A stretch of 37,726 nucleotides of DNA, from assembly GCA_039208735.1 (NCBI GenBank), contig JBCCQY010000084.1, positions 1 through 37,726 on the forward strand, written 5' to 3'. The notes below the pieces were generated by a model. It was given only the letters and a program-made list of their open reading frames with translations. It did no database searches and was not told the DNA's origin. Both the position numbers and the translations under genes were made by a program. The DNA is from Myxococcota bacterium. Its GTDB lineage: Bacteria; Myxococcota_A; UBA796; GCA-2862545. Shown piece after piece: positions 37,026 through 37,726 of this stretch (within the stretch, counting starts at the first letter, position 1; every line of letters begins with the position of its first letter).

Positions 37026-37726
37026 GCCCACGCTCCCGTGGTGACGGCAAAGTAGACGTCCTCGAGCGTGGCCTCGACCGCCTCGAACCCCGGTGGAGCG
37101 GCATCTGCAACCACTCGCACCTCGCGCTGGCCGGCCACCAGCCGCTTGGAGATCAGTTTGAGTTCGGGGTCCGCCTCCAGCTTCTCAAGCTCTTGGGCGT
37201 CCACCTGACGGCCAAACACGCGACCCGAAAGCTGGCCGCACACCTCTTTCGGAGCCCCGCTTAGCCGCACCTGGCCTTGGTGCAGAATCGCCATGCTGGG
37301 GCAGAGGTTGACCACGTCATCGACAATGTGAGTCGAAAGCAGCACCACCGCGTCCTGCCCGATCGTTGCAAGCAGGTCATGAAAGCGCGACCGCTCCGCA
37401 GGGTCGAGGCCCGCCGTAGGCTCATCCACAATGATGAGCCGCGGGTTGCCAATGAGCGCGACGGCGATGCCAAAGCGCTGCCGCATCCCCCCAGAGAACG
37501 TACCGACGGCCTTGTTCCGGTGATCCCAAAGGTTCGTCATGCGAAGCAGCCCCTCGACGACGTCTCGCCGAGGTCCTCGATCGACCAAACCCTTCAGGAT
37601 GGCGAAGGTGTGGAGCAAGTCGGTGGCGCGAGCCCGCGGCGGCAACCCGAATTCCTGTGGCAGGTACCCCAGCACCCGACGGGTCCCTTCCTTATCTGTG
37701 AGGACATCGAGCGGAGCGCTGCCGTA
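37022..37726 (-). CDS. ABC transporter ATP-binding protein (5' part outside window)
   Basis: LGYLPQ, FSGGMRQR signature, IIVDEPTAGLDP, LSTH. The frame is open to the window edge. Confidence 0.95.
   Translation of the reverse strand, partial: YGSAPLDVLTDKEGTRRVLGYLPQEFGLPPRARATDLLHTFAILKGLVDRGPRRDVVEGLLRMTNLWDHRNKAVGTFSGGMRQRFGIAVALIGNPRLIIVDEPTAGLDPAERSRFHDLLATIGQDAVVLLSTHIVDDVVNLCPSMAILHQGQVRLSGAPKEVCGQLSGRVFGRQVDAQELEKLEADPELKLISKRLVAGQREVRVVADAAPPGFEAVEATLEDVYFAVTTGAWA

Noticed and set aside
1..37726. A single biosynthetic gene cluster, prophage or defence island spanning the window
   Set aside because: No core synthase, precursor peptide, integrase, phage structural gene or recognised defence gene. 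Mixed orientations indicate independent small modules.

Overview
GC-rich, gene-dense bacterial chromosomal segment, most consistent with a myxobacterium-like (Myxococcota) organism. This is inferred from the MopE-type Cys/Asp repeats, a TIGR02996-like protein, a DUF4423-type regulator, a wHTH-STAND-TPR regulator and a sigma54 promoter. It holds about 30 protein genes. I saw no rRNA, tRNA, CRISPR array, transposase or phage gene. Metabolic genes: tandem SCP2-type thiolases; a LysR-controlled operon of a DUF6640-like membrane protein, an FAD monooxygenase and a lipoprotein FAH-family enzyme; an alpha/beta hydrolase; a double SnoaL protein; an SDR. Extracytoplasmic proteolysis genes: a signal-peptide-bearing TldD/PmbA pair behind a sigma54 promoter, an S41 lipoprotein peptidase, and an ABC ATPase plus permease-M1 aminopeptidase fusion followed by a TPR histidine kinase and a PAT/ArsN-like acetyltransferase. 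Regulators are dense: 3 LysR, 2 AraC, a double-HTH DUF4423 protein with a perfect 12-bp inverted repeat, a double-wHTH STAND-TPR protein and 2 histidine kinases. There is also a possible LRR + SUKH immunity pair. Three lesions were found: an in-frame TAG in a LysR, a PRMT-like methyltransferase remnant and a DUF6010 remnant. All family calls come from motif recognition by eye, without database searches.
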